NCBI GenBank assembly: GCA_965228735.1
Contig: OZ245838.1
Coordinates: forward strand, 3,232,001-3,296,000
Direction of reading: 5' to 3'
Length of the DNA stretch: 64,000 nucleotides
Source: Planctomycetota bacterium
Lineage (GTDB): Bacteria > Planctomycetota > UBA1135 > UBA2386
The notes below the pieces were generated by a model that did no database searches, was not told where the DNA came from, and worked only from the letters and a program-made list of their open reading frames with translations. Shown here one piece after another: positions 38,468-48,049 of the stretch; the stretch's first letter is position 1; every line of letters starts with the position of its first letter. The translations under genes and the position numbers were made by a program.

Positions 38468-39538
38468 TCAGCGGCGCTTGCCGAGTTCCCAGATCCGCAC
38501 CGTCCCGTCCATCGAACCGGTGAACAGCCGCGGCGCGGTCGGGTGGAAGCGCACTTCCATCACGAGGCCGTCGTGGCCGGTCAGCCGTTCGCGCTCGCGC
38601 CCGCGCTTGCTCTCGAGCAGGCGCACGACGTTGCCGACGTCAGCGACCGCGACGCGCTTGCCGTCGGGTGACACGTCGAAGGTCACGATCTCGGCCGGGT
38701 TGTCGTGCTTCAGCGTGGGGCGCGAGCGGCCGGGGCGGTAGGCGCGCAACGACTGCTTGCCGATCAAGGCGAACAGACGGCCCGCGGCCGCGGACCAGAC
38801 GATGCGCTGCACCTGCTCACCCGCCTCGATCGTCGACTCTGGCTCGGGCGGATCCGCGTCGGCCTTGCCGTCGATCAGGACGTCACGCGCGAACGCGCGG
38901 ATCATCCCGTCGACCCCGCCGGACCACAGCTGCCCTTCGGAATCCACGGTCAACGTCGTCACGGCCTTGTCGTGCGCCGCGAACCGCCGCCGCAGAACGC
39001 CAGCGCGGTCTCCTTCCGCGGCCGAACGATCGATCGCGTGCACCGCGATCGAACCGTCGGCGTAGGCCCCGGCGATCTCGGTGGGCGACACCCAGCACAG
39101 ATCCATGAGGCCAGCGGCGGCGCCGGCGAGCCGCCAACCGTCGGTCGGGCGCGCGGGGTCGAGCACCAACACGTCGTCGCGTTGGTTGCTCGGCACGAAC
39201 GCTACGAGGCCGTTCGCCGTCGCGCCTTCGACCGCTGGCGCGTAGCAGAGCTCGCCCGCGAACGTCCGCACCACGGCTCGCTGCTGCCCGCTCGTCGCGT
39301 CGAGCACGCGCAGCGCCATGTCGCCGTCCGCGACCGCCACGACGCCACCGCCGGGCGCGACGTCGAGCGCGTCGACACCGTCCGTGAAGCCGCGCAGCAC
39401 CGTGACCTTGCGGCCGTCGAGCTCGAGTACTTCCCGCTCTGGCGGCTGCTGCGCCCGGATCGATGTCACGGAAAGCGCGGGTGCGAGCACGACGAGCAGA
39501 AGGGCAAGAAACGTTTGGTGCAGCGAGGGTCGGTTCAC
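38468..39538 (-). CDS. Secreted WD40-repeat protein
   Basis: AHDKAV...SGGVDGMIR and GHDGLV...TGSMDGTVRIW repeats; signal peptide ending IRA-Q. Confidence 0.88.
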   Translation of the reverse strand: MNRPSLHQTFLALLLVVLAPALSVTSIRAQQPPEREVLELDGRKVTVLRGFTDGVDALDVAPGGGVVAVADGDMALRVLDATSGQQRAVVRTFAGELCYAPAVEGATANGLVAFVPSNQRDDVLVLDPARPTDGWRLAGAAAGLMDLCWVSPTEIAGAYADGSIAVHAIDRSAAEGDRAGVLRRRFAAHDKAVTTLTVDSEGQLWSGGVDGMIRAFARDVLIDGKADADPPEPESTIEAGEQVQRIVWSAAAGRLFALIGKQSLRAYRPGRSRPTLKHDNPAEIVTFDVSPDGKRVAVADVGNVVRLLESKRGRERERLTGHDGLVMEVRFHPTAPRLFTGSMDGTVRIWELGKRR

Positions 39539-39650
39539 GGTGGGGTCCAGGGTTCGGAGCGGCCGCGGGGGTCAGAGCGGCCGGACGTCGACGCGGTCGA
39601 GTCGCCACGACGCGGCGACCGGACTCACGATTCCCGCGAATCCGCGACGC

Positions 39651-40301
39651 TCACGCCAACCCGAGTCGCGCAGCGAGGAACGCGCGGATCGCCGGGAACT
39701 CGCCGACGGGATCGATCGTGTGCCCCTTCTCGTAGCTCGCGAAGCGCACCGGAAAACCGCCGGCCGCGAGCGCCTGCATCTGCGTCGCCGTCGTCCGATA
39801 CGGCAGCACCTCGTCGTGCGTGCCGTGCGTGACGAACCAGCGGCCCGGGTCGTTCGCCCGGTTGCGTTCGGCGAGCAGCGCGGGGGCATCGAGGCAGTAG
39901 CCCGAGATCCCGACGTAGCCCGCGAGCACGCAGGAACTGCGCAGCCCCCACTCCAGCGTCATGAGGCAACCCTGCGAAAACCCGAGCAACGCGATGTCCG
40001 CCGGCGCGTGGCCGTGCTCGACGAGCTCGGCGAACAGTCGATCGAGCAACCCGCGCGAACGCGCGACGCCGGCGGCCTGGTTCGGCGGCAGGTCGTACCA
40101 GCTGCGTCCGGGCGGCCACGGGTCGGGCGCGTTCACGAGCAGATGGTCGAGCCCCTCGAACTGCAGCGCCTCGGGCAGCCAATGGAAGCCAGCCGAGCTG
40201 TCGCCGCGACCGTGCAGCACGACGAGCAGCTTGCCGGCCGGCGCACGGGAGGGGAACCACTCCGTGTCGAGCGCGGTGACGGCAGGCCGAGGGGTCGTCA
40301 T
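39651..40301 (-). CDS. Phospholipase/carboxylesterase (alpha/beta hydrolase)
   Basis: LHGRG, GFSQG nucleophile motif, HGTHDEV, GH. Confidence 0.92.
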   Translation of the reverse strand: MTTPRPAVTALDTEWFPSRAPAGKLLVVLHGRGDSSAGFHWLPEALQFEGLDHLLVNAPDPWPPGRSWYDLPPNQAAGVARSRGLLDRLFAELVEHGHAPADIALLGFSQGCLMTLEWGLRSSCVLAGYVGISGYCLDAPALLAERNRANDPGRWFVTHGTHDEVLPYRTTATQMQALAAGGFPVRFASYEKGHTIDPVGEFPAIRAFLAARLGLA

Positions 40302-40386
40302 GCCGCCACCTTGCCATCGTCCCGGGGAGAATCCAGAAAGCGTCATCACCACCGGGCGCGCGACCGCGCGAGTTAGGATGCCGACC

Positions 40387-41823
40387 ATGCGGACCATCCT
40401 GCTCACCGCGCTCGCCCTGCCGGTTGCCCTGCCGCCCGCCGCGCTTCCGGCTCAGGACAGGGACACCCTCGAACGCGCCGACGGCTATCGCGGCATCTGG
40501 TACTCGAACCAGCCGTCGAAGGACGAGTACCGCTACAAGTACTCGGGCGGCCTCGGCACCTACTGCGCGAAGCACCGCCCGTTCGCCGTCTACTGCGAGG
40601 AGGTCGACAAGACGTTCTTCTGCTACGGCGGCGCGCCCGCCGACGACCCGCGCCGGTTGCTGCACATGGTGTCGTTCTTCGATCACGCGACCGGCACCGT
40701 GCCGCGACCCGTCGTGCTGCTCGACAAGCAGACCGGCGACGCGCACGACAACCCGGTGATCGCGGTCGACGACGCCGGGCACGTCTGGATCTTCTCGACG
40801 TCGCACGGGCGCGCGCGGCCGTCGTTCGTGCACAAGAGCGTGCAGCCGTGGTCGATCGCCGCGTTCGACCGCATCGACGCGACCTACGAGACCGACGCCG
40901 GCGAACGCGCAGCGCTCGACAACTTCTCGTACTTCCAGGTGCGACACGTCGCGGGCCGCGGGTTCGTCGCGTTCTTCACGCGCTACGGCGACCCGGCCAA
41001 GCGTACGAGCATGTTCATGACGAGCCGCGACGGCGTGCGCTGGTCCCGGCGGCAGCGCCTCGCGGCGATCGAGGCGGGGCACTACCAGATCAGCGAGGTC
41101 ACGGCGCAGAAGGCCGCGACGATGTTCAACTACCACCCCGCGAAGAAGGGCCTCAACTGGCGAACCAACCTCTACTACCTCGAGACGGTCGACCACGGTG
41201 AGAGCTGGCAGAACGCAGCCGGAGAACGGATCCCCGTGCCGCTCACCCGACCGGAATCGGCCGCGCTCGTGCACGACTACGCCGCGGATGGCCGGCTCGT
41301 CTACCTCAAGGACCTGCGGTTCGATTCCCGCGGCCACCCGATCCTCGTCTACATCACGAGCCGCGGTTATCGCGCCGGCCCGGACTCGGGCCCGCGCACG
41401 TGGACGACGGCACGGTGGACGGGTGAGCGGTGGTCGATCCACCCGATCACCGAGTCCGACAACAACTACGACATGGGGTCACTCGCGCTGTTGAGCGATA
41501 CGCACTGGCAGCTCGTGGCGCCGACGGAGCCCGGGCCGCAGCGCTTCAACCCCGGCGGCGAGGTCGCGGCCTGGGAGACCGAGGACGCGGGCGCCACCTG
41601 GCGGAAGCGCGCCGTTCTGACGTCGGGCAGCGACCACAACCACACCTACGTGCGACGACCGGTGCGCGCGCACGACGACTTCTGGATGCTCTGGGCCGAC
41701 GGTCACGGGCGGCAGCCCTCGCAGTCGCGACTGCTGTTCTGCGACCGCACGGGCGCGACGTTCGTTCTGCCGGAGACGATGGCCGACGACTCGGTCAAAC
41801 CAACGGCAGCAAGAGCCCGCTAG
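40387..41823 (+). CDS. Secreted BNR-repeat (BNR_4-like) beta-propeller protein
   Basis: Signal peptide ending LPA-Q; YSGGLGTY, DAHDNP, S/TxDxGxxW Asp-boxes, HNHTYVRRP. Confidence 0.85.
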   Translation: MRTILLTALALPVALPPAALPAQDRDTLERADGYRGIWYSNQPSKDEYRYKYSGGLGTYCAKHRPFAVYCEEVDKTFFCYGGAPADDPRRLLHMVSFFDHATGTVPRPVVLLDKQTGDAHDNPVIAVDDAGHVWIFSTSHGRARPSFVHKSVQPWSIAAFDRIDATYETDAGERAALDNFSYFQVRHVAGRGFVAFFTRYGDPAKRTSMFMTSRDGVRWSRRQRLAAIEAGHYQISEVTAQKAATMFNYHPAKKGLNWRTNLYYLETVDHGESWQNAAGERIPVPLTRPESAALVHDYAADGRLVYLKDLRFDSRGHPILVYITSRGYRAGPDSGPRTWTTARWTGERWSIHPITESDNNYDMGSLALLSDTHWQLVAPTEPGPQRFNPGGEVAAWETEDAGATWRKRAVLTSGSDHNHTYVRRPVRAHDDFWMLWADGHGRQPSQSRLLFCDRTGATFVLPETMADDSVKPTAARAR

Positions 41824-41985
41824 TGCGGTGTGTCCGAAGTTCGCATCGAAAGTCCGCGCCCCTGGACGCCGTCCGCGGCGTTGCGCCTCCTCGCCATATC
41901 CACCGATATCCCTGCGTCGCCGCGCCTTGCGGACGACGCCCAGGAACGCGGACTTCTGATCCGAACTTCGGACACACCGCACTAG
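41820..41985. mobile_element. MITE/REP-like palindromic element bounded by CTAG
   Basis: Perfect 24-bp terminal inverted repeat CTAGTGCGGTGTGTCCGAAGTTCG / CGAACTTCGGACACACCGCACTAG, extending imperfectly inward; lies between convergent genes. Confidence 0.8.
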
Positions 41986-42609
41986 CTACTTCTTGATCTC
42001 GAACGTGACCTCGAGCACCGACGCCATGCCGTCGGGCCGCGGCCCGGAGATCGGCCCGGCCGGCACGGCGTCCGAGCGAACCCAGCGCCATAGGACGACA
42101 GGCTGGTCGGGCGCCAGCGGCAGCGTCGTCCGTTCGCGCCGTTCCTGGAACAGGGTGCCCTCGTTCTCGCCATCGAGGGCGTCCCATTCCGGCAGCGGGA
42201 CCGAGCGGTGCAGCCGCGTGCCGCCGAAGTCGAGGGCAACGAACAGCTCGCGAGGTCGCGACGACTCGACCTTGCGACCGGGCCCCAGTTGTTCACGCGG
42301 ATCGAGCATCAGCATCGCGAGGTCGAACTCGGTATCCGCCGGCAGGACGAACGTCGCGAGCGCGCGCTGCACCGCCCGCTCGCCGTTGTGCCAGATGGAC
42401 ACCCGCACGACGGCTCCCGCCTCCGGCCCGGACCGCCGCAACGAATACATGACGCTGTCGCCGAGCATGGTGCCGAGCAGGCCATGATGCTCGCCGCCGA
42501 ACTCGATCGGTTCGATCGTGACGCTCGGCCCCGTGACGGCGCTCTCGCCGCCGCAACCGGAGAACGCGGCGAGCATGGCGAGCGGAAGCAGACGCAGCAC
42601 GGATCGCAT
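41986..42609 (-). CDS. Hypothetical lipoprotein
   Basis: MRSVLRLLPLAMLAAFSGC lipobox. Confidence 0.7.
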   Translation of the reverse strand: MRSVLRLLPLAMLAAFSGCGGESAVTGPSVTIEPIEFGGEHHGLLGTMLGDSVMYSLRRSGPEAGAVVRVSIWHNGERAVQRALATFVLPADTEFDLAMLMLDPREQLGPGRKVESSRPRELFVALDFGGTRLHRSVPLPEWDALDGENEGTLFQERRERTTLPLAPDQPVVLWRWVRSDAVPAGPISGPRPDGMASVLEVTFEIKK

Positions 42610-42706
42610 CGGACGATTGCAGCCGCGCACAGCGACGAACGCAAGCTGCGCCCATCGCGCGCGATTCCCGGTCACTCGACCGACCAGCGCAGGTAGCCTG
42701 CGGTGA

Positions 42707-43447
42707 ATGGCCAAGACGACCCTGATCCTCGGCGCGACGTCGGCCGTCGCGATGGAGGTCGCCAGACTCTGCGGCGCGCGCGGAGACCGGCTCTACCTCG
42801 TCGGCCGCGATCCGGCCAAGCTCGCGCCGCTGCTCGCCGAACTCGGCGACGCGGTGGTCGGCCACGAGAGCTGCGACCTCAACGAGTTCGACGAGGCCGG
42901 CCCGCGAGTCGAGCGGGCGATCCGCGCCCTCGGCGGCATCGACCGCGCGCTGATCGCGCATGGCTATCTCGGCGACCAGCAACGCAGCGAGCGCGAGTTC
43001 GACTACGCGAGCAGCATCATCGACACGAACTTCAAGAGCGCAGTCGCGCTGCTGCTGCCGCTCGCCGACCACTTCGAAGCGCAGGGCCACGGCCACCTCG
43101 CCGCGATCACCTCGGTCGCCGGCGTACGCGGCCGCCCGCGCAACTACACCTACGGTGCGTCCAAGTCGGCGCTCTCGACCTACCTCGAGGGCCTCCGCAG
43201 CCGGCTCTACCCGCGCGTTCGCGTGCACGACATCAAGCTCGGCCCCGTCGACACGCCGATGTCGGCCGGCCACCCGCAGAACTTCCTCTGGGGCGAGAAA
43301 CGCACTGTTGCCCGCGGCATCGTGCGTGCGCTCGAACGGCGCTGGCACGCGGTGTACCTGCCGCGCCACTGGTTCCTCGTCATGACCGTCGTGCGACTGC
43401 TGCCCGAGTTCGTGTTCCAGCGCTTCGGCTTCCTCGCGGGGCGGTAG
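42707..43447 (+). CDS. SDR family oxidoreductase (DprE2-like subfamily)
   Basis: LILGATSAVA, SVAGVRGR, YGASK, GPVDTPM. Confidence 0.92.
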   Translation: MAKTTLILGATSAVAMEVARLCGARGDRLYLVGRDPAKLAPLLAELGDAVVGHESCDLNEFDEAGPRVERAIRALGGIDRALIAHGYLGDQQRSEREFDYASSIIDTNFKSAVALLLPLADHFEAQGHGHLAAITSVAGVRGRPRNYTYGASKSALSTYLEGLRSRLYPRVRVHDIKLGPVDTPMSAGHPQNFLWGEKRTVARGIVRALERRWHAVYLPRHWFLVMTVVRLLPEFVFQRFGFLAGR

Positions 43448-43615
43448 GCGGCCGGCGGCGCCGATCGCGCTGGATTCCCGGTTTTCCGGGTACGATCGCC
43501 TGGGCGCGGTCGGTAGGCCTGCATGACCGCCTTTGGCCCACCGCGACGCTGGACCGTGTCCGACATTCCACGCTCTCCCGTACCCGACGCGCCCCCTTTC
43601 GAACGCGAACCCGAC

Positions 43616-44146
43616 ATGGCCGACCAGGACGTCGAGGTGTTCGTGCGGGCGCACCAGACCGGGGTGTGGCGCTATCTGCGTCTGCTCGGCGCCGAGTCCG
43701 CGGATGCCGAGGACCTGCTGCAGGAGACGTTCCTGCGCTTCTTCCGCACCTCGACGCCGGAGCCCGAGAACCTGCCGCTCCTGCGGCGCATCGCGCGCGG
43801 GCTATGGGTCGATCGACAGCGGTGGCTGAAACGACGCCGCACGATCGTGTGGGCGGATCACGTCGACAGCGCGCTCGCCGAGCAGGCGTTCGCGGGGCGG
43901 GCGTTTGCCGGGTCGGGCGACGCGCTCGAAGGCCCGTGGCTCGACGCGCTCGCCGCCTGTCGCGAGCGGCTGCCCGCACGGTCGCGCCGCGCGGTCGAGC
44001 TGTGCTATCGCGACGGGCTGGATCGCAGCGCGATCGGTCGCGAGCTCGGTCTCGCCGACAACACGGTGCGCAACGTGCTCGCCAAGGCGCGCGTGAGCCT
44101 GCGCGGTTGCATCGAACAACGACTCACGGAGACGAACGATGAGTGA
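43616..44146 (+). CDS. ECF RNA polymerase sigma factor
   Basis: VWRYLR...DAEDLLQETFL; LPARSRRAVELCY.DGL...IG.ELG...TV; the start could be further upstream (43556 or 43523). Confidence 0.9.
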   Translation: MADQDVEVFVRAHQTGVWRYLRLLGAESADAEDLLQETFLRFFRTSTPEPENLPLLRRIARGLWVDRQRWLKRRRTIVWADHVDSALAEQAFAGRAFAGSGDALEGPWLDALAACRERLPARSRRAVELCYRDGLDRSAIGRELGLADNTVRNVLAKARVSLRGCIEQRLTETNDE

Positions 44147-45344
44147 CTCCACGACTACCCGCGACGACGTCTTCGCCGCCCGCGTCGGTCTCGGATTGCG
44201 CGAGCTCGACGGCACCGAGCGCGCGCCCGACGTGGCCCACCTCGTCGCCGACGAGCTCGATCGCGACACCACCCCGGCAACACCCGGGTCGCCGCGCGGC
44301 TCACGCCGCCTCGTGCTCGCCGCCGCCCTCCTCGGCCTCGCCGTCACCGCCACGCTGCTCGTCGAGCGCCAGCTCGGCGGCCCGACGACCGATCCCGCGG
44401 CGCAGGATCCGCAGGGCGCGTGGCGCCTCGTCTACGAGCTGCCGCTGCTCGCGATCCTGCAGGACATGCCAGCCGGCAGCGATCCGGACACCGAGGTCGC
44501 GAGCTACCTGGACACCGTTCGAAAGCGCGTTGGTGATGACTCTGCCGTCACCCGACTCGACGAACGGACGTTCGCCGTCGACTTCACCGCGACGGGCGAC
44601 GAAAGCGTCGCACGGATGCGCGCATTGCTCGAACGGGGCGATCACCTCGCGATGCGCATCGTCGCGAGCCCCGGGTATTGGGCCGAGGGTGTGCGATTCG
44701 ATCTCGCCGCCGAGACGAAGCGACTGCGCACCTGGCTCGACGGCGGCGGCCGTGATCGCGTCCTGGACGATCCGCGCGCGCTCTCGGGGTATCGCTCCGG
44801 CACGACCGCGATCCGCTGGTTCCTGCATCGCGTGCGCCCGGACGAACGGGCCCCGGGCTCATGGCGCGCGCGATTCACGGGCCGACCCCAGATGAAGGCG
44901 GTGCCGCTGCACTCCGAGGACGACTGGAACCAGGGCAAGGTCCCACAGCGGATCGAGGCACTGGAACCGACGCAACGGCAGCTCCTCGAGCTCGTGGCCA
45001 TCAACATGCACGAGGTCGCGTTCGCCGGCGAGGACTTCGATCCGGAGCGAACCGTGATCACGAACGACCGCGAGCGGGATCTCGGCTACGAACTCGACTA
45101 CAGCGTGGTCGGCGCTCGAGCCGGCCTTTACGGCGAATTCTCGGAGAAGCACATCGGTCAGGCCTGCGCGATCCTCGTGAACAACGAGGTGTTGAGCGCG
45201 CCGATCTTCGAGTCGCGAATCCCCGGCGTCGGCCGGCTGAGCGGCCTCAGTCGAGCCGCGGCGAACGCGATCGCCCACGCCATGCGGGCGCCACTCGAAG
45301 CCACGCCGAGGCTCGTGCGCTCGTCGCCCCGCCAGGCGAAGTGA
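44139..45344 (+). CDS. Putative anti-sigma membrane protein with SecD/SecF P1-head-like periplasmic domain
   Basis: Overlaps the sigma stop; short N-terminus, one TM; C-terminal IGQACAILVNNEVLSAPIFESRIPGVGRLSG resembles the SecD head motif. Confidence 0.65.
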   Translation: MSDSTTTRDDVFAARVGLGLRELDGTERAPDVAHLVADELDRDTTPATPGSPRGSRRLVLAAALLGLAVTATLLVERQLGGPTTDPAAQDPQGAWRLVYELPLLAILQDMPAGSDPDTEVASYLDTVRKRVGDDSAVTRLDERTFAVDFTATGDESVARMRALLERGDHLAMRIVASPGYWAEGVRFDLAAETKRLRTWLDGGGRDRVLDDPRALSGYRSGTTAIRWFLHRVRPDERAPGSWRARFTGRPQMKAVPLHSEDDWNQGKVPQRIEALEPTQRQLLELVAINMHEVAFAGEDFDPERTVITNDRERDLGYELDYSVVGARAGLYGEFSEKHIGQACAILVNNEVLSAPIFESRIPGVGRLSGLSRAAANAIAHAMRAPLEATPRLVRSSPRQAK

Positions 45345-45369
45345 CGCGCGGTGACCGGCCGGGCCGCCG

Positions 45370-46599
45370 TCACGCCCGGAACGGTCGCCCGGCCGCGAGG
45401 CACTCGGCGAGTTCCTGGTAGACCGCGACGAGCACTTCGTGGCCCGGACGCGGTCCGACGGCCCGCGCGATGCGTTCGGCGAGCGTGCCGGTCCGCAGGA
45501 TGTTGGCCACGTGGATCTCGAGCGCGACGGGTCCGGCGAACGATTCCTCGACGAGCCACTCCCAGAGCCGGCCTGCGGTCGTCACTTCGACGGGGTCCGC
45601 TCCGAACAGCGCGGCGAGCTCGGGATCGATCGCCGCCGTCGACCCCGACGTCGCGCAGCGATCGAGCTGCGCCCGCAGTTCTTCCGTCGAGCGACGAGCC
45701 TGGTCCGGGAACGCCGACCATCGTTCTTCGACGAGACCCGCGATCGCGCCCGAAACCGCAGCCACGACCGCGAGGTCCGCGAACGGACATTCCTGCCCGC
45801 CGATGAGCGTGAGCTCGATGACCGAGCGATCGAGCCGCGCCACCGCGCCGCGCGCGTTCGAGAGTTCGTGATCGAACAGGATCGGATCACCGCCGGCCCT
45901 CTCGAGCTCGCTCTGGATCGGCGCGAGCACCTCGGCGCGATACCGATCGAACTCGTAGACCGGTTCGGGGATCAGCGACCCGACCACCGCCGGCGTGGCT
46001 GCCGCGCGCGTCGCCCACCACGCGATGCGGTTGTCGAGCGCGGCGCCGCGCTCGCCCTCGACGACGGGCGAACTCGCAGCGAGGGCGGGGATCAACGGCA
46101 GCACGAGACGCACCGCTGCCATCAAGCGACCGAACTCGGACTCATCCGCGAACGGCAACTCGAAATGCACCCCCGAAACGTTGGCCCAACCGTGCGTTCG
46201 GCAGTTGAACAGCGCATCGATCTCGCGATACACCCGGCCGCTCGCGCGCGGCCAGACATGCGTTTCGTCGACGGGCACCATCCACGGATGCATGCCGCCC
46301 GGCAGCAGACGCGCGGACCGCGACCCGAGGAGTCGCGTGAGCTTCTTGACGCTGCGTTCGAACGGCTCGACGAGTTCGCCGAGCGTCGCTGCCGGCGCCA
46401 CGTTGCCGATCCGCAGCAGATGGCCGGCGAGATCGTGGGACCACACGACGGAGCCGTCGTCGACGCGTTCGGCCTGCTCATCGTCGCCGACCTCCGCGAG
46501 CAGATCCTCCGCGGCCGGCAGCACATCGAGCGACTCACGGTGGACGATCATGCAGCCGACATCGACGGTCCAGGCAGCGGACGGACCGGACGAACTCAT
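45370..46599 (-). CDS. Glutamate-cysteine ligase (GCS2)-like protein, catalytic residues degenerate
   Basis: HPWM, CRTHGW, ALAASSP, LDNR, NARGAVARLDR, QECP motifs; expected metal-binding Glu positions replaced. Confidence 0.8.
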   Translation of the reverse strand: MSSSGPSAAWTVDVGCMIVHRESLDVLPAAEDLLAEVGDDEQAERVDDGSVVWSHDLAGHLLRIGNVAPAATLGELVEPFERSVKKLTRLLGSRSARLLPGGMHPWMVPVDETHVWPRASGRVYREIDALFNCRTHGWANVSGVHFELPFADESEFGRLMAAVRLVLPLIPALAASSPVVEGERGAALDNRIAWWATRAAATPAVVGSLIPEPVYEFDRYRAEVLAPIQSELERAGGDPILFDHELSNARGAVARLDRSVIELTLIGGQECPFADLAVVAAVSGAIAGLVEERWSAFPDQARRSTEELRAQLDRCATSGSTAAIDPELAALFGADPVEVTTAGRLWEWLVEESFAGPVALEIHVANILRTGTLAERIARAVGPRPGHEVLVAVYQELAECLAAGRPFRA

Positions 46600-46800
46600 C
46601 GGCGTACCTCCAGCCCGGCTGGCTGGCTCGCGACCGCAGCGTTGTGTGAAGATTCGGAAAGGGGGCCCACGTCGGATGGCGTAACGGAAATGCAACGGGA
46701 GGACTGCGGCCCTCCCCACAGATTCTACGCACTTCGACCCAGTGGCGCCCCACAACGTCCGGCATGACCGGACTTTGGCGCCCGCACGGCGCTGCCCGAA

Positions 46801-48039
46801 TCAGCCGAAGAACAGATACGCCAGGCAGATACCGGCGATCACCGCCGTCAGGTCCGCGAGCAGCCCGCACGGCACCGCGTAGCGCGTGCGGCGGATCCCG
46901 ACGGAGCCGAAGTAGACCGCGATGACGTAGAACGTCGTGTCCGTCGCGCCCTGGAACGTGCACGCGAGTCGCCCGATGAACGAGTCGGCGCCGTGGGTCC
47001 GCATCGCGTCGAGCATCATCCCGCGCGCCCCGCTCCCCGACAGCGGCTTCATCAGCCCGGTCGGCAGCGCCTCGACGAACCGCGTGTCGCCGACGAACCA
47101 ACCGGCCACGACCCGAATCGCGTCGACGAGATAGTCGAGCGCGCCCGACTCGCGGAAGACGCCGATCGCCACGAGCATCGCGACGAGGTAGGGCAGGATC
47201 TTCACGGTGACGTGGAAGCCCTCCTTCGCGCCCTCGATGAACGACTCGTAGACGTTGACCCGGCGCAGCGCGGCGAGCCCGACGAAGCCGACGATCACGG
47301 AGTAGAGCGTGACGTTCGCGATCAGCGTCGAGACGACCTCGACCCGTTCTCGCGGCATGCTGAGGAAGAGCGCGATGAGCAGCGCGACGGCCGCGCCGAG
47401 ACCGACGAGCCAGGCCAGCACGACCTTGTCGAGGAGGCGGGTGCGCTGCAGGAGCGCCACGACGACGAGCCCGACGATCGTCGAGAAGAACGTCGTGAGC
47501 AGGATCGGCAGGAACACGTCGGCCGGATTCGCCGCCGCGAACTCCTCGCTCGAACGGTAGGCCATGATCGTGACGGGGATCAGCGTCAGCCCCGACGTGT
47601 TGAGCACGAGGAACATGATCTGCGCGTTCGACGCGGTCTCCTTGTCCTCGTTGAGCTCCTGCAGCTGCTGCATCGCCTTGAGGCCGAACGGTGTCGCGGC
47701 GTTGTCGAGCCCGAGCATGTTGGCCGAGAAGTTGAGCACCATCGTGCCGTGCACCGGATGATCACCCGGCACACCGGGGAACAACCGCCGGAAGAACGGC
47801 CGCACGAGCCGCGCCAGGATCGCGACGGCGCCGGCCTTCTCACCGACGCGCATGATCCCTAGCCACAGCGTCAGCACTCCGAACAGCGTGATGCAGATGT
47901 CGAACGACGTCTTCGCCATCCCGAACGTGCTCTCGACGATCCTGGAGAAGATCTCGACATCGCCGAGCACGACGAGCTTGAAGAGCGCGACGAGATACGC
48001 GATCACGAAGAACGCGACCCAGATGATGTTGAGTGCCAT
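46801..48039 (-). CDS. spmAB: Fused SpmA/SpmB (nucleoside-recognition Gate domain) membrane protein
   Basis: ANMLGLDNAATPFGLKAM, FLVLNTS, YESFIEGAKEGF, KPLSGSGA, TDTTFYVIAVYFGSV. Confidence 0.92.
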   Translation of the reverse strand: MALNIIWVAFFVIAYLVALFKLVVLGDVEIFSRIVESTFGMAKTSFDICITLFGVLTLWLGIMRVGEKAGAVAILARLVRPFFRRLFPGVPGDHPVHGTMVLNFSANMLGLDNAATPFGLKAMQQLQELNEDKETASNAQIMFLVLNTSGLTLIPVTIMAYRSSEEFAAANPADVFLPILLTTFFSTIVGLVVVALLQRTRLLDKVVLAWLVGLGAAVALLIALFLSMPRERVEVVSTLIANVTLYSVIVGFVGLAALRRVNVYESFIEGAKEGFHVTVKILPYLVAMLVAIGVFRESGALDYLVDAIRVVAGWFVGDTRFVEALPTGLMKPLSGSGARGMMLDAMRTHGADSFIGRLACTFQGATDTTFYVIAVYFGSVGIRRTRYAVPCGLLADLTAVIAGICLAYLFFG

Positions 48040-48049
48040 CGCGGCCCGC

